The notes below the pieces were generated by a model, which was not told the DNA's origin, did no database searches, and worked only from the letters and a program-made list of their open reading frames with translations. Shown piece by piece: positions 1 through 10,049 of a DNA stretch of 64,000 nt. Source of the stretch: an uncultured Holophaga sp. (GTDB taxonomy: Bacteria; Acidobacteriota; Holophagae; Holophagales; Holophagaceae); the NCBI GenBank assembly GCA_963664825.1, contig OY761614.1, positions 3,008,001 through 3,072,000 of the forward strand. The letters are read 5' to 3'. The position numbers were made by a program, and so were the translations under genes. Positions within the stretch are counted from its first letter, which is position 1, and each line of letters opens with the position of its first letter.

Positions 1-369
1 GTGCAACGGGCAATCGATCCCCGCATGGGCACCATCTCTGTGCGGGCGGTCTTCCCGAATCCCGACCGCAGGGTGCGCCCTGGCCAGTTCGTGAAGGTCC
101 GCTTCGATTTCGACACCCTCAAGAACGCCGTGGTCGTGCCCCAACGGGCGGTCCAGGAACTCCAAGGGGCCTACCAGCTCGCCGTGGTGGAAGGTGGCAA
201 GGTGGTCATCCGTCCCGTGAAGATGGGACCCCGCATTAATTCGGACTGGGTGGTGAGCGAAGGGCTCAAGCCAGGGGAGACTGTGATAGTGGAAGGCCTT
301 CAGCAGGCCAAGCCCGGCGTCGTCGTGGTGGCCAAGCCATTCGCGCCCACCACGAATGGGAGGCACTAG
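1..369 (+). CDS. RND efflux periplasmic adaptor (MFP), C-terminal part; 5' end lies outside the window
   Basis: VRAVFPNPD..RPGQFV, VVVPQRAV and WVVSEGLKPGETVIVEG are typical MFP C-terminal motifs; directly upstream of the RND permease. Confidence 0.92.
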   Translation: MQRAIDPRMGTISVRAVFPNPDRRVRPGQFVKVRFDFDTLKNAVVVPQRAVQELQGAYQLAVVEGGKVVIRPVKMGPRINSDWVVSEGLKPGETVIVEGLQQAKPGVVVVAKPFAPTTNGRH

Positions 370-372
370 ACC

Positions 373-3300
373 ATGGGCAACATCTTCATCCGCCGTCCCA
401 TCCTGGCGATGGTGATGGCCATCCTCATGGTCATCGTGGGCCTCGTCGCCATGTCCGGCCTGCCCATCACCCAGATGCCCGATATCACGCCGCCCAATGT
501 CTCGGTGGAGACCACCTACACGGGCGCCTCGGCCCCGGATGTGGAGCAGGCCGTCGCAACGCCCATTGAGCAGCAAGTGAACGGCGTGGACAACATGATC
601 TACGTCAAGTCCACCAACGGCAACGACGGCACGTGCAAGACGGAAACCACCTTCGATGTGGGCACCAACCTCGACACCGCCACCATGCTGATGCAGAACC
701 GCGTGGGCCAAGCGGACGCCAATCTGCCCGCGGCCGTCAAACAGTACGGCATTAGCACCAAGAAGGCCCTCGCCCTTCCCATGCTCTTGTATGCACTCAC
801 ATCGCCCAAGGCGACCTGGGATGGCAGTTTCCTTACCAACTACGCGGCCATCAACATCAAGGACCGCCTCGCCCGCGTGAAGGGCGTGGGCGATGTGCGC
901 CTCTTCGGTGGCACCGACTACTCCATGCGCGTATGGGTGAAGCCGGACCGCCTGATGACCCTTGGCCTCACGGTGGGGGACTTGACGGCGGCCATTTCGG
1001 CCCAGAACGAGATCACGCCTGCAGGTCAGTTGGGAGGATCTCCGGCTCCGGACGGTACAGCCTTCACCTATACCGTGAAGACTCAGGGACGCCTGGCCAC
1101 CGCCGAGGAGTTCGGGGACATCATCATCCGCTCGAACCCCGATGGCAGCCAGGTCCGCCTGAAGGACGTGGCCCGCATCGAACTGGGCAGCCTGAGCTAC
1201 ATGTCCCGTGCCTGGGCGAATGGTAAGCCTACATCTGCCATCGGGATCTACCAGGCTCCCGGCTCCAACGCGCTGCAGGTGAAGGAAGCCGTGGAAAAGG
1301 CTCTGGCTGAGCTAACACCGACCTTTCCCAGGGACATAGTATGCAAACGTGTTCTCGACACCACGGAGCCCATCAGCGTGGGCATCAAGGAGATCGTGAC
1401 GACGCTCTTCGAGGCCATCCTGCTCGTGATCCTAGTGGTCTTCGTGTTCCTCCAGAACTGGCGAGCTACGCTGATTCCCCTCTTGACGGTGCCCGTCTCC
1501 CTGGTGGCCACTTTCATGGTCTTCCCCCTTCTGGGCTTCTCCATCAACGTGCTCTCGCTGCTGGGACTGGTGCTCGCCATCGGCATCGTGGTGGATGACG
1601 CTATCGTGGTGGTGGAAGCCGTCACGCACCACATCGAGCAGGGCATGAGTCCCAAGGAGGCCACGGCCCAGGCCATGAAGGAAGTGAGCGGTCCCGTGAT
1701 CGCCATCGCCCTCATCCTTATCGCAGTCTTCGTGCCTGTTGCCTTCATGGGCGGCATCACGGGGCGCCTCTACCAGCAGTTTGCCGTCACCATCGCGCTC
1801 TCCGTGGCCTTCTCCGCCATCAGCGCCCTGACCCTCAGCCCGGCCCTGGCCTCCAAGTTCCTGAAGGCGAGGAAGCCCGGCGAGAAACACTTCCTCGATC
1901 CCTTCTACGCTTGGTTCAACCGCATCTTCGGGCGTACCACGGAAAAATACCTCAACATCACTCAGATCCTCGTCCGCAAGGGCATGCGCAGTCTCCTGAT
2001 CGTAGGAGCCATGGTCCTCCTGGCGGGGGGCCTGATGAAGGCCGTGCCCACGGGCTTCCTGCCCAACGAGGACAACGGCTACTTCTTCGTGCATATCCAG
2101 CTCCCGGACGCGGCCTCCCAGGAGCGGACCGAAGCCGTGCTGCGGAAGGTCGAGAAGATCATGGCCAGCAGCCCGGTTGTCCAGGATGTGGTCACGGCAT
2201 CGGGTTTCGGACTGCTGACGGGCACAACCGCTTCGAATACGGGCATCGGCTTCGTGCAGGCCAAGCCCTGGGAGGCCCGGAGTGGCATCAAGCAGCGCCT
2301 CGATATCGCCATGCTTCTGCTGAACCTGGAGTTCTACAAACAGATCCCCGAAGCCCAGGTCTTCGCCTTTGGGCCCCCGCCCATTACCGGTCTGGGCACG
2401 GGCGAGGGATTCACCATGATGATCCAGGACCGGGCGGGCAGCACGCCGGAGGCCCTGGCGGCAGTTGCTGAGAAGTTCGTGACGGAGGCCTCCAAGCGCC
2501 CCGAGCTCGGGCGGGTGAACACCTTCTTCCGCACTTCCGAACCCCAGGTCTTCGCGGACATTGACCGGGAGAAGGCCCACAAATTGGGGGTACCCATCCA
2601 GGAGATCAACCGCACGATGGGCGCTCTGCTGGGCAGCTCCTACATCAACGACTTCAACCGGTTTGGGCGTATCTACCGGGTCTTCCTGCAGGCGGAGCCG
2701 GAGTTCCGGACCTCGGCCAAGTCCCTCTCGCAATTTTTCGTGCGCAGCGGGGATGGGCAGATGATCCCCCTGGACACGCTGGTGACCATGAAGAAGACTC
2801 AAGGGCCCTCCTTCACCACGCGTTTCAATCTCTTCCGGGCCGCGGAGATTACGGGCGTGCCGGCCACAGGCTACAGTTCGGCCCAGGCCCACAAGGCCCT
2901 CGAGGAAACGGCCGCCAAGGTGCTGCCCCAGGGCTACGGCTACGAGTGGGCCAATCTCTCCTACCAGGAGCAGAAGGCCGCCGGGACAGGCTCCATCGTC
3001 TTCATCTTCGCCCTGGTCGTGGTGTTCTTCATCCTCGCGGCCCAGTACGAAAGCTGGTCGCTCCCTTTCAGTGTGCTCCTAGGCACACCCTTCGCGCTCT
3101 TTGGGGCGATATTGGGGCTCTGGCTCCTGCGCACGATCCTGCCCCAGGTGATGGGGGGCGGCTACGTCAACAATATCTTCGCGCAGATCGGCATGATCAC
3201 CCTCATCGGCCTGGCCGCCAAGAACGCCATCCTCATCGTGGAATATGCGAAGGCCCATCGGGAGGCGGGTATGAGCGCGGTGGATGCCGCTATGATGGCC

Positions 3301-3594
3301 GCCAAGCTGCGCCTCCGGCCTATCCTCATGACGGCCTTCGCCTTCATCCTGGGTGTGACACCCCTGATGTTCGCCTCGGGTGCCATGGCCGAGGCTCGCA
3401 AGGTCATCGGTGTGACAGTGTGTGTCGGAATGTTCGTGGCCACGCTGTTTGGCATCTTCTTCATCCCAGCGCTGTACGTGCTTGTGGATCGTTTCGGGAG
3501 GAAACCGGTGCCGAACGCAACACCCGTTGCGCCTGCTGAAACCCTCCCCATGCACCAGGATTCGAACAATGGAGGCCCCGATGTCGAAGCGTAG
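373..3594 (+). CDS. RND efflux permease, HAE1/AcrB family
   Basis: 1073 aa; FIRRPI N-terminus, GIVVDDAIVVVE, KNAILIVE and RLRPILMT motifs. Confidence 0.97.
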   Translation: MGNIFIRRPILAMVMAILMVIVGLVAMSGLPITQMPDITPPNVSVETTYTGASAPDVEQAVATPIEQQVNGVDNMIYVKSTNGNDGTCKTETTFDVGTNLDTATMLMQNRVGQADANLPAAVKQYGISTKKALALPMLLYALTSPKATWDGSFLTNYAAINIKDRLARVKGVGDVRLFGGTDYSMRVWVKPDRLMTLGLTVGDLTAAISAQNEITPAGQLGGSPAPDGTAFTYTVKTQGRLATAEEFGDIIIRSNPDGSQVRLKDVARIELGSLSYMSRAWANGKPTSAIGIYQAPGSNALQVKEAVEKALAELTPTFPRDIVCKRVLDTTEPISVGIKEIVTTLFEAILLVILVVFVFLQNWRATLIPLLTVPVSLVATFMVFPLLGFSINVLSLLGLVLAIGIVVDDAIVVVEAVTHHIEQGMSPKEATAQAMKEVSGPVIAIALILIAVFVPVAFMGGITGRLYQQFAVTIALSVAFSAISALTLSPALASKFLKARKPGEKHFLDPFYAWFNRIFGRTTEKYLNITQILVRKGMRSLLIVGAMVLLAGGLMKAVPTGFLPNEDNGYFFVHIQLPDAASQERTEAVLRKVEKIMASSPVVQDVVTASGFGLLTGTTASNTGIGFVQAKPWEARSGIKQRLDIAMLLLNLEFYKQIPEAQVFAFGPPPITGLGTGEGFTMMIQDRAGSTPEALAAVAEKFVTEASKRPELGRVNTFFRTSEPQVFADIDREKAHKLGVPIQEINRTMGALLGSSYINDFNRFGRIYRVFLQAEPEFRTSAKSLSQFFVRSGDGQMIPLDTLVTMKKTQGPSFTTRFNLFRAAEITGVPATGYSSAQAHKALEETAAKVLPQGYGYEWANLSYQEQKAAGTGSIVFIFALVVVFFILAAQYESWSLPFSVLLGTPFALFGAILGLWLLRTILPQVMGGGYVNNIFAQIGMITLIGLAAKNAILIVEYAKAHREAGMSAVDAAMMAAKLRLRPILMTAFAFILGVTPLMFASGAMAEARKVIGVTVCVGMFVATLFGIFFIPALYVLVDRFGRKPVPNATPVAPAETLPMHQDSNNGGPDVEA

Positions 3595-4987
3595 CCACGG
3601 ATGGTTCTGGGGGCTCCCCCTCGCAGGGCTCGCGCTCTCGACGGGATGCGCTCTGGGGCCGAACTTTCGCCGCCCTGTGGTGGAGATTCCAGAGTCCTTC
3701 AAGATCGAGGCCGAAGCAGAAGCCCTCTCCGCAGATCTGGGCTGGTGGGAGATCGTCAATGATGACCCAGTGCTGAAGGCTTTGGTGCTTGAGGCGCTGG
3801 ACAAGAATCGCGATCTCCGCATGGCCGTGAGTCGCATGGAGGAGGCGCGCGCCCTGGCAGGAATCAACCATCTGGGACCGAATCTCGACCTCGGCGGCAA
3901 CGCCGCGCGACAGCGAGGCATCGTCGCTGGTGCAGGCCCTCAGACGGTGTTAGGAAACAACTTCTCTGCGAGCCTATCCGCCAGTTGGGAGCTGGATATC
4001 TGGGGAAGGATTCGCCGTTCCCAGGAGAGCGCCCAGGCCCAGTACCTGGCGACCGAGCAGGGCAGGAGGGCCGTCTTCCTCAGCCTCCTGGGTGATGTGG
4101 TGGGGGGCTATTACCAGCTCCGTGCCCTGGACATGAAGCTGGAGACCGCCAGGCGCACCGTGGAGACCCGCAGGCATTCCCTCGCGCTCGTGGCGAGCAG
4201 GATGACGGGAGGCGTGGGAGACAAGCTGGAGACGAGCCAGGCCCAGTCGGCCGTCGCCCTGACCGAGGCGGCAGTACCCCAGCTGGAGCTGGCCGTCCAC
4301 ATGCAGGAGAACCAGATGAACCTCCTGCTGGGAAGGGCTCCGGGCCCCATTCCCCGGGGTGCCGCCCTCCAGGCCGTGCCCCCGAAGGCCATTGCGCCGG
4401 GGTTGCCCTCGGCCCTGCTGGAACGCCGTCCAGATGTGCGCCAGAGCGAGGAACAGTTGCGGGCCGCCAACGCCCAAGTGGGTGTGGCCACGGCTGGTTT
4501 GTTTCCGAGTTTCAGTCTTACGGGCAGTCTTGGGTATCAGAGCCTGGAACTCTCGGACCTTACCCGCGCGGGACAGAAGAGCTGGAGCGTGGGAGGTGGG
4601 GTCCTCGCGCCCATTTTCCATGGCAAGGAATTACGTAATCAGCGCCGTGCCGCTGTTGCACGTTGGGAACACGCCAGGGCTTTGTACGAGAAGACCGTGC
4701 TTTCGGCTCTTGGGGATACGTCCAATGCACTGGTTGGCGTGGCCAAATCCAAGGAGATCGTGAAAGCCCAGCAGGAGGCCGTCCGGTCTCTGCGGGAAGC
4801 GGAACGCATCGCTCAGATGCGCTTCGAGGGTGGAGTCTCGCCCTACCTGGAAGTACTGGATGCTCAGCGGCAACTCTTCTCGGCGGAACTTTCCTTTGCC
4901 GAGGCTCTCTGTGACCAGCAGCGAAGCGTAATTCGACTGTATCTGGCTCTGGGGGGCGGTTGGCAGAAGGCGGAGCGTCCCAAATAG
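3581..4987 (+). CDS. Outer-membrane efflux lipoprotein (NodT/OprM family)
   Basis: ATG at 3581 with GGAGG at 3571; lipobox LSTGC; SWELDIWG, LLERRPDVR and LYLALGGGW motifs. Confidence 0.95.
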   Translation: MSKRSHGWFWGLPLAGLALSTGCALGPNFRRPVVEIPESFKIEAEAEALSADLGWWEIVNDDPVLKALVLEALDKNRDLRMAVSRMEEARALAGINHLGPNLDLGGNAARQRGIVAGAGPQTVLGNNFSASLSASWELDIWGRIRRSQESAQAQYLATEQGRRAVFLSLLGDVVGGYYQLRALDMKLETARRTVETRRHSLALVASRMTGGVGDKLETSQAQSAVALTEAAVPQLELAVHMQENQMNLLLGRAPGPIPRGAALQAVPPKAIAPGLPSALLERRPDVRQSEEQLRAANAQVGVATAGLFPSFSLTGSLGYQSLELSDLTRAGQKSWSVGGGVLAPIFHGKELRNQRRAAVARWEHARALYEKTVLSALGDTSNALVGVAKSKEIVKAQQEAVRSLREAERIAQMRFEGGVSPYLEVLDAQRQLFSAELSFAEALCDQQRSVIRLYLALGGGWQKAERPK

Positions 4988-4996
4988 GGGTAAGGG

Positions 4997-5037
4997 ATGA
5001 GTGGGCGTTCAAATGGGATGAACGTCCACTCATGTTT
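4997..5037 (+). terminator. Putative intrinsic terminator of the RND operon
   Basis: ATGAGTGGGCGTTCA / TGAACGTCCACTCAT 15-bp stem with one G.T pair, followed by GTTT, just after the stop at 4987. Confidence 0.55.
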
Positions 5038-5066
5038 GCCAGACGCATAGATCTCAAGAGGATAAT

Positions 5067-5276
5067 ATGTGGGTTATCAATCAAAGACGACAAATTATCA
5101 ACATAGATCTATTCAAGATGGTGGACACTGAAAACGGCAGACTAATTGCCAGGAATGGCCGAGAATATCAGGTCATTTTCAAGGGTGAGCAAGAAGTTTG
5201 CGAAGAATTGTATTATAAAATAATAGATGGGTTAACGATGGGTGTATTACTATTGGATCTTAAAGTGGTTAACTAA
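5067..5276 (+). CDS. Small hypothetical protein, AT-rich
   Basis: 69-aa ORF with GAGG upstream, in an AT-rich patch. Confidence 0.55.
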   Translation: MWVINQRRQIINIDLFKMVDTENGRLIARNGREYQVIFKGEQEVCEELYYKIIDGLTMGVLLLDLKVVN

Positions 5277-5334
5277 ATCAAGCGCGTAACTGTGTGCAAA
5301 TTATCTGGTGATCTGATTACCAAGAAAGGTTGCC

Positions 5335-5751
5335 GTGAATATCAAGACCTATGTGGCGCGTCTGGACGATTATTCGGGTGAACTTGCTCGGAATCTGGCC
5401 ACGCTCGAAATGGCACATGTAAACGGTGCCGTGAACCGCACGGAACAACTGGGCTTCATTGCTGAAATCCAGCGGGCAGCCATTCAAAGGGACCTTCGTC
5501 CATGGCGGACGCGCTCGATTTGGGCCGCCTGCACAGGTCTGGGACTCCTGGTCCTATCTGGGGCCATGGCTTGCCTCTTACCAAACCCTAGCGTGTGGCC
5601 TCAGGCCATCGGCCTCTTCGCGGTCCTTACGTTAGGCATCGGAGAAGGCTGCTACATAGCCTATTCCAGACGTCGGAAGAGTTTGAAATTGTTATTTATT
5701 AAATTTAATGACTCTATCCAGGGGGGTGCATCCCTCTTCGATCTTGGGTAG
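5335..5751 (+). CDS. Hypothetical membrane protein with two predicted TM segments
   Basis: GAAAGG RBS and GTG start; two hydrophobic segments followed by RRRK. Confidence 0.6.
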   Translation: MNIKTYVARLDDYSGELARNLATLEMAHVNGAVNRTEQLGFIAEIQRAAIQRDLRPWRTRSIWAACTGLGLLVLSGAMACLLPNPSVWPQAIGLFAVLTLGIGEGCYIAYSRRRKSLKLLFIKFNDSIQGGASLFDLG

Positions 5752-5790
5752 CCCGAGGCAGCGACCCGCAAAGTCTTCAGGAGGATTCCC

Positions 5791-6147
5791 TTGAGGCATT
5801 TCATCGTGACCCTTTCCCTCTGCGTGGCGCCCGGGTCCATCGGGGAGCATCTCATCGGCCAGCATCACGCCCTCGTCCAGGACGGATACGACCGGGGAGT
5901 CTTCCTCCTCTATGGTGCTCTGGAATCGGAAATGGGAAGTGTCGCGATTGCACGCGCCCCAAGCCATCAGGTCTTGACCCAGTTTCTGGAGGAGGATCCT
6001 CTCCTGAAGGAGGGCTTGGCCGCCTACGACCTTGTCGAATTTGTACCGGAAGTCTTCCCTCACATCCTGAATGACTGGCTGTGGGCAGGCGCGTCTCAAG
6101 GGCGCAATGGGCTCCCATACGAAAACCTTGGAGGCGTTCCCGTCTAG
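5791..6147 (+). CDS. YciI-like protein
   Basis: AGGAGG RBS; pattern H..LVQDGYDRGVFLLYG...G.VAIARA...EDP...G.A.Y..EF.P resembles YciI. Confidence 0.7.
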   Translation: MRHFIVTLSLCVAPGSIGEHLIGQHHALVQDGYDRGVFLLYGALESEMGSVAIARAPSHQVLTQFLEEDPLLKEGLAAYDLVEFVPEVFPHILNDWLWAGASQGRNGLPYENLGGVPV

Positions 6148-6247
6148 TTCTGTCTGGGGCCGTGGATTGCGATGGCGCCAACGTCGGCGGCAGTCAGGAG
6201 GATGTGTGGAAAGGAAGCTGAGCCTTCCGTGCTGGGTTTCGACCAGG

Positions 6248-8965
6248 GTGATCTGCACGCTGTTGCTCGCATGTTTGGGGGCAAGCCTTCCAGGACTTTA
6301 TGGCCAGGAGATGGCGCGGGCGCCGATTCGGTTCGAACTCACGCCGCCGGACTATCGTCTGGAGCTTTTCCCCCGCGCCTTTGCCCCCGCTCAGCGTCAC
6401 CTCGTCCTAGCCCTTGGGGGTGGTGGGGCCAAGGGTATCGCCCATGCCGGTGTTCTTCAGCGCCTGCAGGAGGAAGGGATCCCCGTTTCTGGGATCGCCG
6501 GTACGAGCATGGGGGCATGCATCGGATCCATGTATGCCGCTGGCTACTCGGGGTTTGCCATCGAGGGTTTGCTGAAAAAGGTTGACCTTGGGGCACTCCT
6601 ACTGGATCGGCAGCACCGACTCCCTGGCAAGACGCTATGGGAGCAAGAGAACGAGCGAATCACCTTCCTATCCCTGGAATATAAACCAGGATCCGGGCTC
6701 GCCTTCTCCCCCGGCACCTCTTCCGGCCTGGATCTGAGGCGTGCGCTTCAGATCCTCCTGAGTCGTAGTTCCTACCGTGGGAGCGATTCCTTCGATGAAC
6801 TCCGTGTCCCTTTCAGGGCTGTTGCCTCCAACCTCCAAACAGGACGGGCTGCTGCACCCTCCCATGGGGAATTAAGTACCATTGTGCGGGCCTCCATGAG
6901 CATCCCTGGCATCTTCAATCCCGTAATGCTGGGGGAGCATCAGCATGTGGATGGCATGCTGGTCCAGAACTTGCCGGTGGAGACCGCGAAAAGCCTAGAT
7001 CCTCACGCGGCAGTCATAGCCGTAGAAGTGGGGGGGAGTTTGGACGCTGTGCGCCAGAATTCCATCCTCGGGTTGGCTTTCCGTTCGCTCGAGGTGAGCG
7101 TTGAAGAACGCACGGAAATCAGTCGCCGGGCAGCGGATCTCCTCCTTCGTCCCGCCACGGACAAGATTCCCCACCTCGAGTTCCATCTGCAGGTTTCGGC
7201 CGCCATCCAGGAGGGGCGGCGTGCATTCGATGACCGATTGGACGCCCTGGAAGACCTCCTCTATGGTCTGGAGGGTGCGTCTCCTGCGCCAGGCGGAACG
7301 GTAATCCTTCAGGTGCCTGGGGCAGTGGAAGGTCAGATCCAGACCCTCGTGGAGACAACACTGCCAAAGGGGCCTCGTTTGCGCCGCCACTACCTGCGCA
7401 TGCTCCGCCGGATATACGCAGGGGGATTCGCGCAGCGGGCGGAAATTCGTTTTCCGCCAGAGGGCCCAATCCTTGAGGTAGAACCCTACCCGATGGTGAA
7501 CCGTATCGAGGTACAAGCTCCCGAAGAGTGGCGCGGATCTCTATTACGGGTCCTGAACGAAGCGCAGGTTAGAACGGGCGTTGCCTTCAATCCGGTGAAC
7601 CTGGGTCGAGCCCTGGATGGCTTCTTCCTGCGCGTCACCCTCCGGGGCAGGCTCGCAGTAAACACGGAGGGAACCGTCTTCGATCCCGCCACGGGTGTAC
7701 TGCATCTGAAGATCAATGAACCGGTTCCGAAGGTGATCCAAGTCCAGGAGGGCATTCTCTCCCAAGCCCAGACCACCTATATCAGGAACCTGTTTGCCCC
7801 CTTTGAAGGTTGTTCCGTTGATGTGTCAGCCTTCACGCGTAGATTCCAGCTAGCCGAACAGCGGCTTGGTCTGGAGGAGCTCCGGGTCACTGCAGACTAC
7901 GCCGGATCCAGCGCACGGATGCTGCTCACACCTATTCCGGAGATGCGGACGACGGTGGACGGGATCTTCGCGTACGAGAGCACTTGGGAGGCACATGTGG
8001 GTGCGTCGGTACATACCAACCGCCTCTTCGGTTCCGATTGCGGGTTCGGGTTCCAAGCCAGCACCGACAAATTGAGGGATGCCGTGGATCTGGAAGTCAC
8101 TCGCGTTTTTGGTATGTGGCCACGCCTTGGATGGCGGATTTCTGGGACGCAAACCATGCAGCGATTCCTGCCCGAAGCCCTCCGACCGCCTTCCTTACTC
8201 GGCTCGTCAGCCTCGCTCCTGGAAGATGGATCCCTTCGGGAGCGGAACCTGGGCCTCGGCATGTTTGCCCGCTTCGGAATGGAGGATCGAGGCCTGCTCT
8301 CCCTCGAATGTAGTCGTAGGTGGAGTGATATTCGCCCCACAGCCTCAGGTTGGGCGATGCCCCGCATGGACCAAGTCCAGTTTATGGGCGAATGGGATAG
8401 CTTCGACCGATATCTGTTCCCGACCAAAGGCACTTTGGTACGCCTCAAACTTGGCGAGGGATGGCTACCGTCAGGAGAAACCGGGACAGATGGGAAGACC
8501 TATCATTTTGCCTATGCCCGTGCGCGAAACCTGTGGTCCATGGGGACATGGGCCAGCTTGGAAGGTGATCTGGAGTCTGGCTTGGGTTGGAATCTCCCAT
8601 TGACCCGTTGGTATAGCGTCGGAGGACCTTCCTTTATGGCGGGAACCGCGAGTGCGGGTTTGCTGACGCCGAATTTCGCTGTGGCCCGGGTGGGGTTCCC
8701 GATCCGCGTCGTGAATATGTTTGGGGTCAACCTGCAAGTGGTTCCTAGGTTGGATGTCGGATATCTGGGCGGTCCGAAACCCAGCCACTTGCAGGATGGG
8801 ACCTTCGCCCGTGGACTCGGTGCCAGTTTGCGTTCCGAGATCGGTCGCTGGTACTGCGAGGTCGCGGTGGGGCGATGGTTTGCGACCGATGCCGGAATGG
8901 TCGAGAAGACGCGGATCAACGTGCTGTTCGGAGCCCACCCCTTTGATCTTTGGCGGGAGCGCTAG
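6248..8965 (+). CDS. Patatin-like phospholipase fused to POTRA-like and outer-membrane beta-barrel regions (PlpD/type Vd-like)
   Basis: GGGAKG, GTSMG nucleophile elbow and DG motif (HVDGML); signal-like N-terminus from GTG 6248 (start uncertain); C-terminal amphipathic beta-strands. Confidence 0.8.
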   Translation: MICTLLLACLGASLPGLYGQEMARAPIRFELTPPDYRLELFPRAFAPAQRHLVLALGGGGAKGIAHAGVLQRLQEEGIPVSGIAGTSMGACIGSMYAAGYSGFAIEGLLKKVDLGALLLDRQHRLPGKTLWEQENERITFLSLEYKPGSGLAFSPGTSSGLDLRRALQILLSRSSYRGSDSFDELRVPFRAVASNLQTGRAAAPSHGELSTIVRASMSIPGIFNPVMLGEHQHVDGMLVQNLPVETAKSLDPHAAVIAVEVGGSLDAVRQNSILGLAFRSLEVSVEERTEISRRAADLLLRPATDKIPHLEFHLQVSAAIQEGRRAFDDRLDALEDLLYGLEGASPAPGGTVILQVPGAVEGQIQTLVETTLPKGPRLRRHYLRMLRRIYAGGFAQRAEIRFPPEGPILEVEPYPMVNRIEVQAPEEWRGSLLRVLNEAQVRTGVAFNPVNLGRALDGFFLRVTLRGRLAVNTEGTVFDPATGVLHLKINEPVPKVIQVQEGILSQAQTTYIRNLFAPFEGCSVDVSAFTRRFQLAEQRLGLEELRVTADYAGSSARMLLTPIPEMRTTVDGIFAYESTWEAHVGASVHTNRLFGSDCGFGFQASTDKLRDAVDLEVTRVFGMWPRLGWRISGTQTMQRFLPEALRPPSLLGSSASLLEDGSLRERNLGLGMFARFGMEDRGLLSLECSRRWSDIRPTASGWAMPRMDQVQFMGEWDSFDRYLFPTKGTLVRLKLGEGWLPSGETGTDGKTYHFAYARARNLWSMGTWASLEGDLESGLGWNLPLTRWYSVGGPSFMAGTASAGLLTPNFAVARVGFPIRVVNMFGVNLQVVPRLDVGYLGGPKPSHLQDGTFARGLGASLRSEIGRWYCEVAVGRWFATDAGMVEKTRINVLFGAHPFDLWRER

Positions 8966-9441
8966 TGCGATGCCATCTGGCTTTCCCCATCCTTATGATT
9001 TGTGGAGCATGTGCGCATCCTGTATCTCAAATTACATGTTTTGATGAACACAAGCTGGTTGGACTTCGTTTTTTCTACATTGTTCCCGCAAAGGAGCAAT
9101 CCAGGATTGTCATATGGAACATGAATTCCGTTGATTCCGCGACAACCGCACGCTTGGTAGGAACAGAGCTCAATGCAAAAGGATACGAGGCCGACGCCTC
9201 AAGTAAAGCTGATTTATTGGTCTATGTAAGAACTTTTGAAGGCAATTCAAAACAAACTTCAAAAAATATTACTTTATTGTTAGATGTCTTTGACAAGACT
9301 GGTCAATACAAGCTCTGGAACGGAAGGGCTGAACTCTCATGCGGTCAAGTCGTGTCGAATGGAGATTTGAATCATTTAAAGCTCAAAAATGCCATTGTCG
9401 AGTTGTTTGCTGATTTTCCAAAACATAATAAATCACACTGA
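8950..9441 (+). CDS. Putative lipoprotein, DUF4136-like; start uncertain
   Basis: ILMICGAC lipobox-like segment; L.AKGY...ADLLV..., LLLDVFD..G..LW.G and LFADFP pattern; AT-rich. Confidence 0.55.
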   Translation: MAGALVRCHLAFPILMICGACAHPVSQITCFDEHKLVGLRFFYIVPAKEQSRIVIWNMNSVDSATTARLVGTELNAKGYEADASSKADLLVYVRTFEGNSKQTSKNITLLLDVFDKTGQYKLWNGRAELSCGQVVSNGDLNHLKLKNAIVELFADFPKHNKSH

Positions 9442-9963
9442 CTTGCCCGTAATTCGGTGATGCAGCATGTCCTTTTTTTGCAAAACTATTCTTGCTTTTC
9501 CCATAGCCTTAGGCCCCCTGGCTTTCAGCCAAACCGAGGATGCGTGGCCGGACCCGGGTCCTCCAGTCACACGGGATCTGTTCCCTTTGAATATGACGCA
9601 GCTCACTGGGGTGGTGATCTCCGCCTTGCAAGTGCCTGGGTCCTTGGCACGAAGACCCGCAGGATTGCAGGTGAAGGATTGGCCGAGGAACTCGCCACCA
9701 TCCTGGGTTCCGGGCTGAAGCCGACCTTGATCCCCCAGGTGCTTCGGGGCCACAGTGCAGTGCACTCCGTCGCCCGGTACGAGGCCATCGAAGGGATTGT
9801 GAGGGCATTTGTATTGGGGCTTCAGAACCAGACGGGAACATACGTTCCACGAAATTGAATGTGCTCCCTTTTGGGAGCGGGTGAACAAGGAATGAACCTG
9901 TGTCGCCCTGACAAACCTCGAAAGTCCGCACTGTCATTAGCATTCCATGGATGATGATTTTAA

Positions 9964-10005
9964 ATAATCCTTAGGTCGGCGGTTCGAATCCGCCTCCAGC
10001 CACCA
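9964..10005 (+). repeat. Isolated 3' half of a tRNA (probably Met/CAT-type); likely att site at an island boundary
   Basis: ATAA-TCCTT-AGGTC-GGCGG TTCGAAT CCGCC-TCCAGCC-A-CCA: intact T-arm, acceptor 3' strand and CCA, but no D-arm or complementary GGCTGGA upstream. Confidence 0.8.
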
Positions 10006-10010
10006 CCGAA

Positions 10011-10049
10011 ACAAAGCCCCGACACCACTAGGTTTCGGGGCTTGTCTTT
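10011..10049 (+). terminator. Hairpin downstream of the tRNA fragment
   Basis: AAGCCCCGA ... TCGGGGCTT followed by GTCTTT. Confidence 0.55.

Noticed and set aside
9457..9858. ORFs next to the tRNA fragment (9457-9858, 9467-9718)
   Set aside because: The 9467 frame has a signal-like start but stops early; possibly a remnant, and no product can be assigned.
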